A DNA stretch of 53,407 nucleotides from an uncultured Thermoplasmatales archaeon (lineage in GTDB: Archaea; Thermoplasmatota; E2; UBA202; DSCA01), in contig CAZESS010000017.1 of assembly GCA_964514975.1 (NCBI GenBank), positions 1-53,407 on the forward strand, written 5' to 3'. This document shows, piece by piece, positions 11,742 through 21,469 of this stretch; the stretch's first letter is position 1; every line of letters begins with the position of its first letter. Position numbers and translations under genes: made by a program. A model generated the notes under the pieces. The model saw nothing but the letters and a program-made list of their open reading frames with translations, did no database searches and was not told where the DNA came from.

Positions 11742-12501
11742 CCACGTCCAGCCCATTGTTTTCAAGCACCGGCCGGAACCGCTCGCCTTTTCCCCCGTGC
11801 AAAAACGCCCTGCTCACGCCGGGTGTCGCATCAATGGCGGCCTGCACCATTCTATCATCGAGATGCGGGAGCTGGTAGTCCGGAATCATGTGACCAAACG
11901 CCACATTGTCATCCAGCGCGAGGTCGGTGAAACGGGGTGCATAATGTCCGCCGCCCAGGCCGACAGCCGTTGCAGCGGCATCGCCGTACAGGGACAGCAG
12001 CGCCGTGGCGACGGCCTCACATGCATCCATGTCCTCCCATTCCCGCTCGGTGCTGCCCGTCTCGATGAAAAACGTCGGCGTTGCCAGATATGGGCCGTGA
12101 TGTGTGACCTCGTAGCAGACGTCGTAATCGAGCATCGACGCATTGTCATACAGCCCCTGCAGCGCGCTGTACATCAGCCCCGGCGCGGACGGCACGAGCG
12201 TTTCGTCGCGGCCGCCGTAGTCGGCGCCGCGGTAGTTGCCGATGGGGTGCACCGACAGCGTTTTTCTCCCGGAGCGTGAGCGATGCCGCGAGGCGAACAC
12301 CACCGCGTCCAGGCAATCCGTATGGGCTGCCAGCTCATGCTCCACTCCGTCATGGTGCAGGTGCATGTCGTCGATGTGGTACAGGAGCAGATCGCCGCAG
12401 CGAAGCATGTCGCCGGTGCGCCGCCAGGAGCCCTGTTCCTCGAGCGCCCGGCCGATGTTCATGCTTGCCGTGTCCTCCCGGGATACCACGACGGCTATCA
12501 T
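11731..12501 (-). CDS. dtdA: archaeal D-aminoacyl-tRNA deacylase (DTD2)
   Basis: FASRHRS, SVHPIGN, EVTHHGP, FIETGS, GGGHYAP. Confidence 0.93.
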   Translation of the reverse strand: MIAVVVSREDTASMNIGRALEEQGSWRRTGDMLRCGDLLLYHIDDMHLHHDGVEHELAAHTDCLDAVVFASRHRSRSGRKTLSVHPIGNYRGADYGGRDETLVPSAPGLMYSALQGLYDNASMLDYDVCYEVTHHGPYLATPTFFIETGSTEREWEDMDACEAVATALLSLYGDAAATAVGLGGGHYAPRFTDLALDDNVAFGHMIPDYQLPHLDDRMVQAAIDATPGVSRAFLHGGKGERFRPVLENNGLDVVSV

Positions 12502-12536
12502 AAAAACCTTATGTAGCGCCCGGTATTTAGGTCTTG

Positions 12537-13322
12537 ATGCTGCACAACGGGAGTGACCGGGAGCTCGACCATTTCATCAAAAAACTCGAGCAGCAGGCCC
12601 TCGAAACCGCGGAGGAACGCCATCCCATCTACGTCAGGGCAGGCCTCAAGGATGCCTCGCTCATCCTCGATGTCGGCTGCGGCTCCGGCGCCGTCACCAA
12701 GGACCTCGCTGCGCATACCACGGGTACCGTCATCGCGCTCGACGACTCGCCTGACATGGTCGACACCGCCCGGGAGCTGCTCTCCGACGCCGAAAACGTG
12801 CAGATATGCGTGGGCGACGCCCATCGACTGCCCTTCGCCGACGGATGCTTTGATGTGGCGACGTGCAACATCGTGCTCATGTGGTCCGAGCATCCGCAGC
12901 AGGTCGTCGACGAGATGGCCCGTGTCGTCCGGCCGGGCGGACGCGTGGTCGCCTCGCTGGAGCCCGACTTCGGCGGCAAGATACACTGGCCCGAGCATGA
13001 CGTCGTCGACCCCATCTTCGCCGGCGGGTCAATCAGGCAGCGCGGCGGTGACCCCCACATCGGGCGGAAGCTCCGCATGTTTTTTGTCCGCGCCGGATTG
13101 GACACGGAGGTCGGGTTGGGCAACCAGCGCATCTGGACATGCGAGGAGGACCGCGCCTCGTATACCCGGGGCCGTGACTACTACTGGAACGTGCTCCGCA
13201 ACGCCGGCATGAGCGATACCGACATTGAAGCATGGGAAAAAGAATATCTGCGCTCCCTGGACGAGGGCATCCAGCTCAACTTTTTCCCCCAGTTCTATGC
13301 CATCGGTACCAAGGCTCAGTAA
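12537..13322 (+). CDS. class I SAM-dependent methyltransferase
   Basis: LDVGCGSG, GDAHRLPF, RVVRPGG. Confidence 0.9.
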   Translation: MLHNGSDRELDHFIKKLEQQALETAEERHPIYVRAGLKDASLILDVGCGSGAVTKDLAAHTTGTVIALDDSPDMVDTARELLSDAENVQICVGDAHRLPFADGCFDVATCNIVLMWSEHPQQVVDEMARVVRPGGRVVASLEPDFGGKIHWPEHDVVDPIFAGGSIRQRGGDPHIGRKLRMFFVRAGLDTEVGLGNQRIWTCEEDRASYTRGRDYYWNVLRNAGMSDTDIEAWEKEYLRSLDEGIQLNFFPQFYAIGTKAQ

Positions 13323-15109
13323 CCGCCCACGTGGAGGCTTGGGTCGCCCATGACCTGGAACTGCTCCACGGTCATCATGTAGAAGCGGTCGTTTGCCTCG
13401 CCGGCGGCCACGTCGTTGAGGTAGTCATGCTTTGCCTGCACCAGCATCTCAGCCACCGGCCGGCCGGGCTCGTAGGCCTGGAAAAAATGCAGGTCGAGGT
13501 AGCCGGCCTGGCCATGTGGCCCGTCCTCGTCCACGCTCGTTGTTGCAGTCTCGGTGGCGCCGATGGTCGCAATCGCGCCGCCATCCGGTTTTTTGACCAG
13601 GGCCCAGGCGAAGCAGGGCACGTCCTCCATGCCCAGCATGTAGTATTCCAGCTTGGCGGTCAGGCAGGCGTCGAAAAACACCACCGGGAGGCGCTCCTGG
13701 TTTTGCATATGGAGCAGATAGGGCGTGTAGTAGGCGATCATCCATCGGCTGTCATGGGGATACGTCCCGAAGCCGTATTCGAAGCCGTGGCCCGAGTAGC
13801 AGACCAGGCCGGCGCCCTCCGTCCATATCTGGTTGATGCGATGCGGCAGAAAGTTTCCCTCCGCCATCTGTATCTTAACGTGCTCGAACTGGGGCATGGC
13901 ATCGGCGACATGCTGGTTGACCAGCTCGCCCTCGTAGACACCCCAGCCGGGGAACGTGTCGCCGCCCATCAGGATGAGGCGGTTGAACCAGTCGCTGCCC
14001 CCAGCCGTGTTCTCGTAGGTCACGATCTTGTTGACCACCGTCTCGACCTCCTCGACATCCTTGCAGAGCAGCCGGCCCATGTAGACATCTGCATAGAGGT
14101 CGACCTCGTCGCTGCTCCCGTCCTCGGTTTCGCCGTAGCGGCCGTTGCCGTTTGAATCCCAGGAGCAAAAGCTCATGTTGTCGCCGTAAATGTCAGCGTA
14201 ATAATAATCCGCATACATTGTCCCGCCGCCCCAGAAGCTGTAGACCAGCCTGGAGGGCACCTTTTCTATGTCGCCCACCAGCATCAGATACCGGATCCCC
14301 CATTCCTCGATGGCGTCCCGGACAAAATATTTGATATGCGCCGGGTCGTCCTCCCCCTGCACCGTGAAATAGTCCCCGCTGTATATCTCGGCAGGGGTGA
14401 CGAGCTTGGTCGCCAGGCCGTGTTGTTCCTTGTGCTCAGCGAGCGGCTGCAGCGCCCCGGTAAACGCCTCGGGGGCGACAACGAGCAGGTCATACCTGTC
14501 TGCATGGGACAGCGGATGCTCCGGCACCCGATAGGTCACCTCCACCGTCATATTTTGGACGGAGCGGAGCTCACGGGACACCGGATGATACCGGGCGGGA
14601 AAGAGCTGCAGAGAGCAAAAGGTAACCCGTTCGCCGTCGTGCAGGCCAACACCGGTATGCCAGTCCATCCATCCAGATGGATACAGATCATCGCTCTCAT
14701 ACACCTGGCCCTCCCTCCGCTGCGGCGATGCACGGCTGTCGGCCGCTGCGGGCTCGAGCGCCGGGCGGACATGCGCCGGGAGCTGCTGCGTGTGCACCAT
14801 GCCATGGGTGATCGATACATCGGTGACGGTGGCGCCGGCAGGGAGGTATACCACCTCGGTGTGCTGCGGCACCATGGGCATCCCGCCGTTGCTAACGGTC
14901 GACGACGCATCCGGGACGGTGACGGTGCAGTAGCCATCTGTCTCGGATACCGCGGGCGGCGAAAACGTGCAGGATAAGGTACGCGATGCTATCATCTGTT
15001 GCACCTCCGCCATGTCGTCCTGGCCGCCGGGTGCGGGGATGGCGGTCAGCGCTGAACCGGCTACCAGCATGCCGAGCAAAAACAGGCCGATATATGCATT
15101 GAATTTCAT
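13316..15109 (-). CDS. secreted C25 (gingipain-like) cysteine peptidase with propeptide
   Basis: signal peptide; YLMLVGD, ADYYYAD, VYMGRL, catalytic SGHG and DACLT, GDP C-terminus. Confidence 0.9.
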   Translation of the reverse strand: MKFNAYIGLFLLGMLVAGSALTAIPAPGGQDDMAEVQQMIASRTLSCTFSPPAVSETDGYCTVTVPDASSTVSNGGMPMVPQHTEVVYLPAGATVTDVSITHGMVHTQQLPAHVRPALEPAAADSRASPQRREGQVYESDDLYPSGWMDWHTGVGLHDGERVTFCSLQLFPARYHPVSRELRSVQNMTVEVTYRVPEHPLSHADRYDLLVVAPEAFTGALQPLAEHKEQHGLATKLVTPAEIYSGDYFTVQGEDDPAHIKYFVRDAIEEWGIRYLMLVGDIEKVPSRLVYSFWGGGTMYADYYYADIYGDNMSFCSWDSNGNGRYGETEDGSSDEVDLYADVYMGRLLCKDVEEVETVVNKIVTYENTAGGSDWFNRLILMGGDTFPGWGVYEGELVNQHVADAMPQFEHVKIQMAEGNFLPHRINQIWTEGAGLVCYSGHGFEYGFGTYPHDSRWMIAYYTPYLLHMQNQERLPVVFFDACLTAKLEYYMLGMEDVPCFAWALVKKPDGGAIATIGATETATTSVDEDGPHGQAGYLDLHFFQAYEPGRPVAEMLVQAKHDYLNDVAAGEANDRFYMMTVEQFQVMGDPSLHVGGY

Positions 15110-15202
15110 GGTGCACCGCTAACTCTCCGGTTTCATAAAAACGTTGCGGTGAGCGCCATCTGTAGCTACATAGATATTTAAATAGCGGAGGTCATATGGG
15201 CC

Positions 15203-16171
15203 GTGGTGCATCTTCAACGTCTCCGACATCTCAAGCTGCTGCTCCCCGTCATCGGCATCGCCATTTTTATCTATCTCATCCACAGCATCGGCGTCGGCAG
15301 CATTACCGGTGTGCTCTCCACGCTGAACCCCGGGCTTTTTGCCCTGTCTCTGTCCATCTTTGTGCCGCGCATCGTCATCAGCACCCATCGCTGGCAGCTC
15401 GTCGCCCGGATGCAGGACATCGACGTCGACCTGGCCACGCTGATAAAAATAAACCTCATCGGCCTGTTCTATGGAACGGTCACGCCGCTCTGGGTCGGCG
15501 ACTGGATACGCATGCCCTACCTGCGGGAGGAAAGCAGCGCTCCCCTGGGCACCTGCGCCGCCAGCGTGGTCCTCGACCAGTTGATGGAGTTCGCGGCGTT
15601 GTTCGCGCTGTCGCTGGCCGGCTCCGTTGTGCTGCTTCCGCGGTATCCCCTGTTTTTTGGCGCCTTCGTGGTGCTGCTGGTTGCCGTGACGGCCGTGGTG
15701 GCGTATTTCCGTGAGAAACACCGGAGCATCCGGCTGCTCCGCCTGCTGCTGCGGGTGCTGGTGCCCGAGCGGTTTCGCGCCCCGGTGCTCAGGGAGTTCC
15801 ATGCCTTTTACGGACGGCTGCCCCGGCTGCCCTCGCTGGCCGTGCCGTTCACCCTCGGTTTTGTCAGCTACGTGCTCTATTTCGTGCAGATATATCTGGT
15901 GGCGCTTTCCTTCGACATCGCCGTGCCGCTCCTTGATTTCCTGCTGATCTATCCGGTGGCGGTGCTCATCGGGCTCATCCCTGTCACGGTCAGCGGCTTC
16001 GGGACCCGGGAGGGGGTGCTCATCACCCTGCTGGGCATCTACGGCGTCACCAGGGAGGTTGCCGTGGCCGTGTCGCTGAGCGGCTACGTTGTCACCCTGC
16101 TCATCCCCGCCGTCGTCGGCGGTGTGCTGTCTCTGACCCGGGAAACGAGCACAGGGATGACGAAGATTTAA
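15203..16171 (+). CDS. flippase-like membrane protein (lysylphosphatidylglycerol synthase TM / UPF0104)
   Basis: RWQL, VTPLWVGDWIR, IPVTVSGFGTREG. Confidence 0.88.
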   Translation: MVHLQRLRHLKLLLPVIGIAIFIYLIHSIGVGSITGVLSTLNPGLFALSLSIFVPRIVISTHRWQLVARMQDIDVDLATLIKINLIGLFYGTVTPLWVGDWIRMPYLREESSAPLGTCAASVVLDQLMEFAALFALSLAGSVVLLPRYPLFFGAFVVLLVAVTAVVAYFREKHRSIRLLRLLLRVLVPERFRAPVLREFHAFYGRLPRLPSLAVPFTLGFVSYVLYFVQIYLVALSFDIAVPLLDFLLIYPVAVLIGLIPVTVSGFGTREGVLITLLGIYGVTREVAVAVSLSGYVVTLLIPAVVGGVLSLTRETSTGMTKI

Positions 16172-16195
16172 TATGCCCGTCGGTTATCTGTGTAC

Positions 16196-16759
16196 ATGAT
16201 TTCCGTGGAGGTGCTCGTGGAGGGACATGCACGGCGCATCCCCGACGGATGGGACGCCCTGGCGACGACCACGCTCATCAGGACGGACGGGCACGTCGTC
16301 GTGGTCGACCCCGGCCCCGCCTACCAGCGTATCTGTCGGCTGCTGCGCGGCCGCGGCGTCGAACAGCATGAATGCTCGATATTTGTCACCCATTACCATT
16401 ATGACCACATGGCCGGCCTGGCGGCCGTGCCGCATCTCGCCGTCGTCGACGGCACCTACATCTACGCCGGCGCGGTCTCCCGCAGGCATGACGGTTCGCC
16501 ATTCGGCGACGCCATCGAGCTGCTGCCCACGCCGGGGCACACCGCCGAGCACACGTCGCTGCTCGTCCACGCCGACGATGCACGCTACGCCGTCGCCGGC
16601 GACGTCATCTGGCAGGCAGCCCCCTCACGGGATGCACTGCTGCAGGCGCCGGACCCATGCGCATGGGACATGGACATCCTGGTGGACAGCAGACGGCAGC
16701 TGCTGGCCAGTGCCGACATCGTCATCCCCGGCCATGGCCCGATGTTCCCCCTGCCATAG
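16196..16759 (+). CDS. MBL-fold metallo-hydrolase
   Basis: THYHYDH, TPGHT, AGD, IPGHG. Confidence 0.9.
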   Translation: MISVEVLVEGHARRIPDGWDALATTTLIRTDGHVVVVDPGPAYQRICRLLRGRGVEQHECSIFVTHYHYDHMAGLAAVPHLAVVDGTYIYAGAVSRRHDGSPFGDAIELLPTPGHTAEHTSLLVHADDARYAVAGDVIWQAAPSRDALLQAPDPCAWDMDILVDSRRQLLASADIVIPGHGPMFPLP

Positions 16760-16761
16760 CC

Positions 16762-17970
16762 TTACCGGCCCGTCCGGGCGATGCGGTCCACCACGGCGAG
16801 CATGCGCCTGGTGGCTGCGACGTCGTGCACCCGGACGATGTCCGCTCCCCCGGTGACTGCCATCGCGCCGCCGCCGAGGCTTCCCTCCAGCCGTTCGTCG
16901 GGCGGGCAGCCGCACAGGTTGCCGATAAACCGTTTCCGGGAGGCACCCACCATCACGGGATACCCGAGGCTTTTCAGCTCCCGCAGCCGGGCCAGTATCT
17001 CGCAGTTATCCTCGACGCCGGCGCCGGTGCGCTTCCCAAACCCGATGCCCGGGTCCAGGATAATGTTGTTCCGGCTGACACCTTGCTCGATGGCGTACCC
17101 CACACGCTCATCCAAAAAACGGCATATATCGCCCATGACATCCTGGTAGCTCGGCGATTCCTGCATGTTTTGGGGTGAGCCCAGCATGTGCATCAGGCAG
17201 ACCGGGACGTCATGCTTCGCAACAACCCCGGCCATTCCCTCGTCGCCACGGAGCGCCGTCACGTCGTTCACCATGGCGGCGCCTGCCGAGATGGCTTCTT
17301 CGGCAACTGCTGCCTTTGACGTGTCGACGGACACGGGCAGGTCGATGGCATCGCCGACCGCCTCAATGACGGGGATGACCCGGGCGAGCTCTGTATCCAC
17401 CTCGACTTGTGACGCCCCGGGACGGGTCGACTCGCCGCCCACGTCGATGATGTCCGCGCCGGCCTCGGCCATGTCCAGCGCCCGTTCGACTGCCTCCTCG
17501 TGCGTGGCGTGGCGGCCGCCGTCGTAGAACGAGTCAGGGGTCACGTTGAGAATGCCCATGACAAGGGTGCGTTTGCCGAGATCGATGCCGTCGCCCAGGC
17601 AGAGCACATGCGACGCCTCCATGTTTTCAAGGATGCGGGATATGGCGGCGCCGCAGTCGCACAGCCGGTCATACTGCCGGGTGAGCTTGTCGGCCAGCCG
17701 CTCGAGCTGCGGCAGGGTGCCCATCACCAGCACGTTGGAGCGCTCGCCGCAGGGGGGCAGCGCCCGCCGGGAGATGGCGACGTCGCCGCCCAGCGACAGC
17801 ATCTCCTGCTTCATGATGAGTGCGTCCTGCGCCGCCAGGTCATACAGCCGGATGCAGCGGTGCCCCGTCTTCGGCGTCATGATATCGACGCCCGCCGCCT
17901 CCACGTCGATGGCCTCAATGTCCTCCCGGGCCATGCCCCTATTCGGATACACGCGAAGATGTCCGAACAT
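16762..17970 (-). CDS. folP: dihydropteroate synthase with ~130-aa N-terminal extension
   Basis: MGILNVTPDSFYDGG, DVGGESTRPG, DPGIGFGK, SRKRF, RVHDV. Confidence 0.95.
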   Translation of the reverse strand: MFGHLRVYPNRGMAREDIEAIDVEAAGVDIMTPKTGHRCIRLYDLAAQDALIMKQEMLSLGGDVAISRRALPPCGERSNVLVMGTLPQLERLADKLTRQYDRLCDCGAAISRILENMEASHVLCLGDGIDLGKRTLVMGILNVTPDSFYDGGRHATHEEAVERALDMAEAGADIIDVGGESTRPGASQVEVDTELARVIPVIEAVGDAIDLPVSVDTSKAAVAEEAISAGAAMVNDVTALRGDEGMAGVVAKHDVPVCLMHMLGSPQNMQESPSYQDVMGDICRFLDERVGYAIEQGVSRNNIILDPGIGFGKRTGAGVEDNCEILARLRELKSLGYPVMVGASRKRFIGNLCGCPPDERLEGSLGGGAMAVTGGADIVRVHDVAATRRMLAVVDRIARTGR

Positions 17971-18001
17971 GCATCGCTAACCATGCCGGCTTGATAAATG
18001 T

Positions 18002-18997
18002 TCACATCGTTTTCGGGCGCAGCAGCGTCCCGTGCAGCGTCAGATTTGACAGCACGAAGGCCCCGAAGGGCACGAACACCAGCAATCCAACCCATGGATT
18101 CAGGATGGTGAGCATTATGGGCACCAGCGAAAAATTGATGAAATAATGCATGCCGATGTACTGCCGGGCCTGCTCCCGGTCGAACCGGTCCATGTCGAGC
18201 AGCCGCGTCGACACCACGAGCATCGCAATCGACAACGGCACCAGCACCGCAAGCTGGATGAGGCTGTCACGCCAGCCGAAGATAAACAGCAGCGGCGTGA
18301 ACACCAGCACCAGGTCGGCGGCCTGCAATCCATAGGCCAACACCTGATACGACAGCGGCACCGTCAGTTTTCCCTGTTCCACGCGGACGCCCATCGCAAC
18401 GGCGAGCGTGTTCGCCTGGCTGCGATAGTCATTCTCGACGTCCTTCAGCCCGCCGGCGATGAACTGCATGAACAACACCTGCAGGGTGCCAAGCCCGACG
18501 ACGATCCAGGCCAGGCGGGACAATGGACAGCCGACGCTCGCCGCCCCGTAGACAATGAGTAGCAGCACGCCGGCGCCCACGAAGACGTCCATCGCCGGGA
18601 GGCGCTTGCTTATCAGGTCATAGATCGTGATGGACAGCGCCGACAGTCCGAGCAACAAAATGGGCGGCCAGCTGTACCAGTGCCATGCCAGCACGCCGGC
18701 GATGGCGAAGGAGGCCAGCATGGACAGCACTGCCAGGCTCCATGCCTCCCGCACCGATACGGTTCCGGAGACCAGCGGCCGGTCGGATATCCCTGCCTCG
18801 TTTTTATCGATGCGGAGGTCGATGATGTCGTTGAGCACGAAACCATATACATGGCCGAAAAACCCGGCCAGGAAGAGCAGCACCAGGGGCAGCAGTGCTC
18901 CCTCCTTCATGGCGATGGCGCCCATCACCGGGGCGATAGCCGTCAGCCCTGCGTTGAACGAACGGGAGAGCTTGAGATATTCCCGGACCTTGCCCAT
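18002..18997 (-). CDS. UbiA family prenyltransferase
   Basis: NDIIDLRID..RPLVSG and KDVEND Asp-rich motifs; multiple TMs; start could be 19003 or 19039. Confidence 0.9.
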   Translation of the reverse strand: MGKVREYLKLSRSFNAGLTAIAPVMGAIAMKEGALLPLVLLFLAGFFGHVYGFVLNDIIDLRIDKNEAGISDRPLVSGTVSVREAWSLAVLSMLASFAIAGVLAWHWYSWPPILLLGLSALSITIYDLISKRLPAMDVFVGAGVLLLIVYGAASVGCPLSRLAWIVVGLGTLQVLFMQFIAGGLKDVENDYRSQANTLAVAMGVRVEQGKLTVPLSYQVLAYGLQAADLVLVFTPLLFIFGWRDSLIQLAVLVPLSIAMLVVSTRLLDMDRFDREQARQYIGMHYFINFSLVPIMLTILNPWVGLLVFVPFGAFVLSNLTLHGTLLRPKTM

Positions 18998-19053
18998 GCC
19001 CATCCATGCTCTCGGGTTATAAATATTTTTAATACCCATGCCGTTTTATCTCC

Positions 19054-19545
19054 ATGACGGTGGAAACCATCGGCCTCCTTTCGGATACGCATGACCATCT
19101 GCCCTCGATAAGGCGAGCCGTGCAATTGTTCAACGAGCAGGACGTCGACCTCGTCCTCCATGCGGGCGACATCGTGTCCCCGTTCACGGCTCGCGCGTTC
19201 AGCGGGCTCCATGCCCCGTTCGTCGGCATCTACGGCAACAACGACGGCGACCGCGTCCACCTGCAGGCGTTTTTCGCTGACATCGGGACGTTTCACGGCG
19301 ACCCCTACATGGCCGTCATCGACGGAGCCAGCGTCGCCCTGACCCATGTCCCCGAGCTGGTGCCCTCGCTCGCCGCAACCCATGACGTCGTGGTCTACGG
19401 TCACACCCATGAACGCGAGGTGCGACATGACGATGCCCTGGTCGTTAATCCGGGGGAATGCTGCGGGTATCTCACCGGCAGCCACACGGCGGCGTTGCTC
19501 TCGCTGCCCGACCGACGGGCTGACATCGTCGAGCTCGAGCTATAG
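19054..19545 (+). CDS. metallophosphoesterase (YfcE/MJ0936 family)
   Basis: SDTHD, HAGD, GNND, YGHTH, NPGE. Confidence 0.93.
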   Translation: MTVETIGLLSDTHDHLPSIRRAVQLFNEQDVDLVLHAGDIVSPFTARAFSGLHAPFVGIYGNNDGDRVHLQAFFADIGTFHGDPYMAVIDGASVALTHVPELVPSLAATHDVVVYGHTHEREVRHDDALVVNPGECCGYLTGSHTAALLSLPDRRADIVELEL

Positions 19546-19572
19546 TTATATACCTTGATTCTTTTACGGCGT

Positions 19573-21462
19573 GTGTTCGAGATACAGGAACGTGACGCCG
19601 GAGGCCGCATCTGCGCCCTGCACACCGGCCACGGCATCATCAGGACGCCATCGGTGCTGCCGGTCATCAACCCGGGTGACATGCGTATTGCTCCCCGTGA
19701 AATGCGGATGATGGGCGCCCAGGCTGTCATTACCAACGCCTACATCATCCACGGCAGCGATGATTTTCGTCGCAGCGCTCTCCAGGATGGCGTTCATTCC
19801 CTCATCGATTTCGACGGGCCGGTGATGACCGACTCGGGCTCGTTCCAGATGTACACCTACGGCGACGTTGACATCGACCCGCTCGACATCGTCAGGTTCC
19901 AGCGGGACATCGGCAGCGACATCGGCACCATCCTCGACCTCTTTTCCGCCGATGCATCCCCCGAAGTGGCGGAGCGACAGGTCATCGAGACGCTGCGGCG
20001 CGCCAGAGCCAGCATCTCCGTGAAGGATGACATGCTGCTGGCCTGCACCGTCCAGGGAGGCATCTATCCCGAGGTGCGGGAGCGGTGCGCCGCCGGGATG
20101 GCAGCGCTGGATGCAGACGTGCACCCCATCGGCGGCGTTGTCCCCCTGATGGAGCAGCAGCGCTACGCCGACCTCGCCCGTGTCATCCTGGCGTCCATGA
20201 GGGGGCTGCCCCCTGGTCGGCCCGTCCATCTGTTCGGCGCCGGGCATCCCATGATATTTGCGCTGGCCGTAGCACTGGGCTGCGACCTGTTCGATTCGGC
20301 GGCATATGTCAAGTTCGCGCAGGACAACCGGCTGCTCTATCCCGATGGCACCCGTCATCTGGAGGACATGGAGGAGCTGGCCTGCGGCTGCCCCGTCTGC
20401 TCCCGTCATACAGCCGAGGAGCTGCGGGGCATGGAACGAGGGCGGCGGGTGGAGCTGCTCGCCCGGCACAACCTCTGGCAGACCTTCACCGAGATGCGCC
20501 GCATCCGGGAGGCCATCCGGGGCGGCTGGCTGTGGGAACTGGTCGAGCGGCGCGCCACGGGGCATCCCGCGCTGCTGGAGGCCATGCAATGCATCGTTGG
20601 GCAGCAGAGGTGGCTGGAACAGCGGGAGCCCGTTTCGACGGCGCGGGCGTTCATGTACACCGGCCCGTTTTCGCTCAGGCGCCCCGTCATCGAGCGATTC
20701 CACCGCCGGCTGCTCGAACGCTTCCCATTCTTTTTTGCCGTATGCGTGGTCGTCGACGAACCCCGGAAGCCCTACACCGTTCACTCCCCGGAGCTGCAGC
20801 ACCTGGAGGCCAACGTGCTCGTCCGGACCTCGCTCGGCCTTGTGCCCCTTGAGCTGGAGGACATGTATCCCGTGGCGCAGTCGGTGTTCCCCCGCATGCT
20901 TGACGCAGACAGTCAATCGTTGCTCCAGGCGTTCAACGAGCGCATGCTCCAGCGGGTGCCGGAGGTCGTCGAGCCATCTGACGTGGCATGCGAGGCCGAT
21001 GACTTCAACGTCAGAAAGATCCGGGCGGTGGCGGACATGCAGTTCGGCCGGGGCGCCGCCGACGCGCTGTATGACGGCGACCTGGAGCTGGTGACCTCGA
21101 AGCGGACGGGCAAAGTCCGGAACGTGCTCTGCAATGGCGAGCACGTGGTATCATTGCGGGCCCGGGACGGCCTGTGTACGCTCAAAACAGCCGGGGCGGC
21201 TCTGCTGCACCGGCATTTCGACGGGATGGCTCTCCGCATCGTGATGGACGACGAGGCCGTTCCCTTTATCAGGGACGGCAAAAGCGTGTTCGCCAAGTTC
21301 GTTGTCGACGCCGACGCAGCGTTGCGACCGGGCGACGAGGCCGTCATCGTCGACGGCAGCGACACCCCCATCGGCGTCGGCCAGTGCCGGATGAACCGGG
21401 CGGAGATGCTGTCCTTCGGGCAGGGCGTGGCCGCAAAAACCCGTGAGGGCATCCCGGCATAG
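19573..21462 (+). CDS. tgtA: archaeosine tRNA-guanine(15) transglycosylase with PUA domain
   Basis: MTDSGSFQ, HLFGAGHP, DLFDSAAY, CxCxxC..H zinc site, C-terminal PUA; GTG start (alt. TTG 19555). Confidence 0.96.
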   Translation: MFEIQERDAGGRICALHTGHGIIRTPSVLPVINPGDMRIAPREMRMMGAQAVITNAYIIHGSDDFRRSALQDGVHSLIDFDGPVMTDSGSFQMYTYGDVDIDPLDIVRFQRDIGSDIGTILDLFSADASPEVAERQVIETLRRARASISVKDDMLLACTVQGGIYPEVRERCAAGMAALDADVHPIGGVVPLMEQQRYADLARVILASMRGLPPGRPVHLFGAGHPMIFALAVALGCDLFDSAAYVKFAQDNRLLYPDGTRHLEDMEELACGCPVCSRHTAEELRGMERGRRVELLARHNLWQTFTEMRRIREAIRGGWLWELVERRATGHPALLEAMQCIVGQQRWLEQREPVSTARAFMYTGPFSLRRPVIERFHRRLLERFPFFFAVCVVVDEPRKPYTVHSPELQHLEANVLVRTSLGLVPLELEDMYPVAQSVFPRMLDADSQSLLQAFNERMLQRVPEVVEPSDVACEADDFNVRKIRAVADMQFGRGAADALYDGDLELVTSKRTGKVRNVLCNGEHVVSLRARDGLCTLKTAGAALLHRHFDGMALRIVMDDEAVPFIRDGKSVFAKFVVDADAALRPGDEAVIVDGSDTPIGVGQCRMNRAEMLSFGQGVAAKTREGIPA

Positions 21463-21469
21463 CGTTGCT

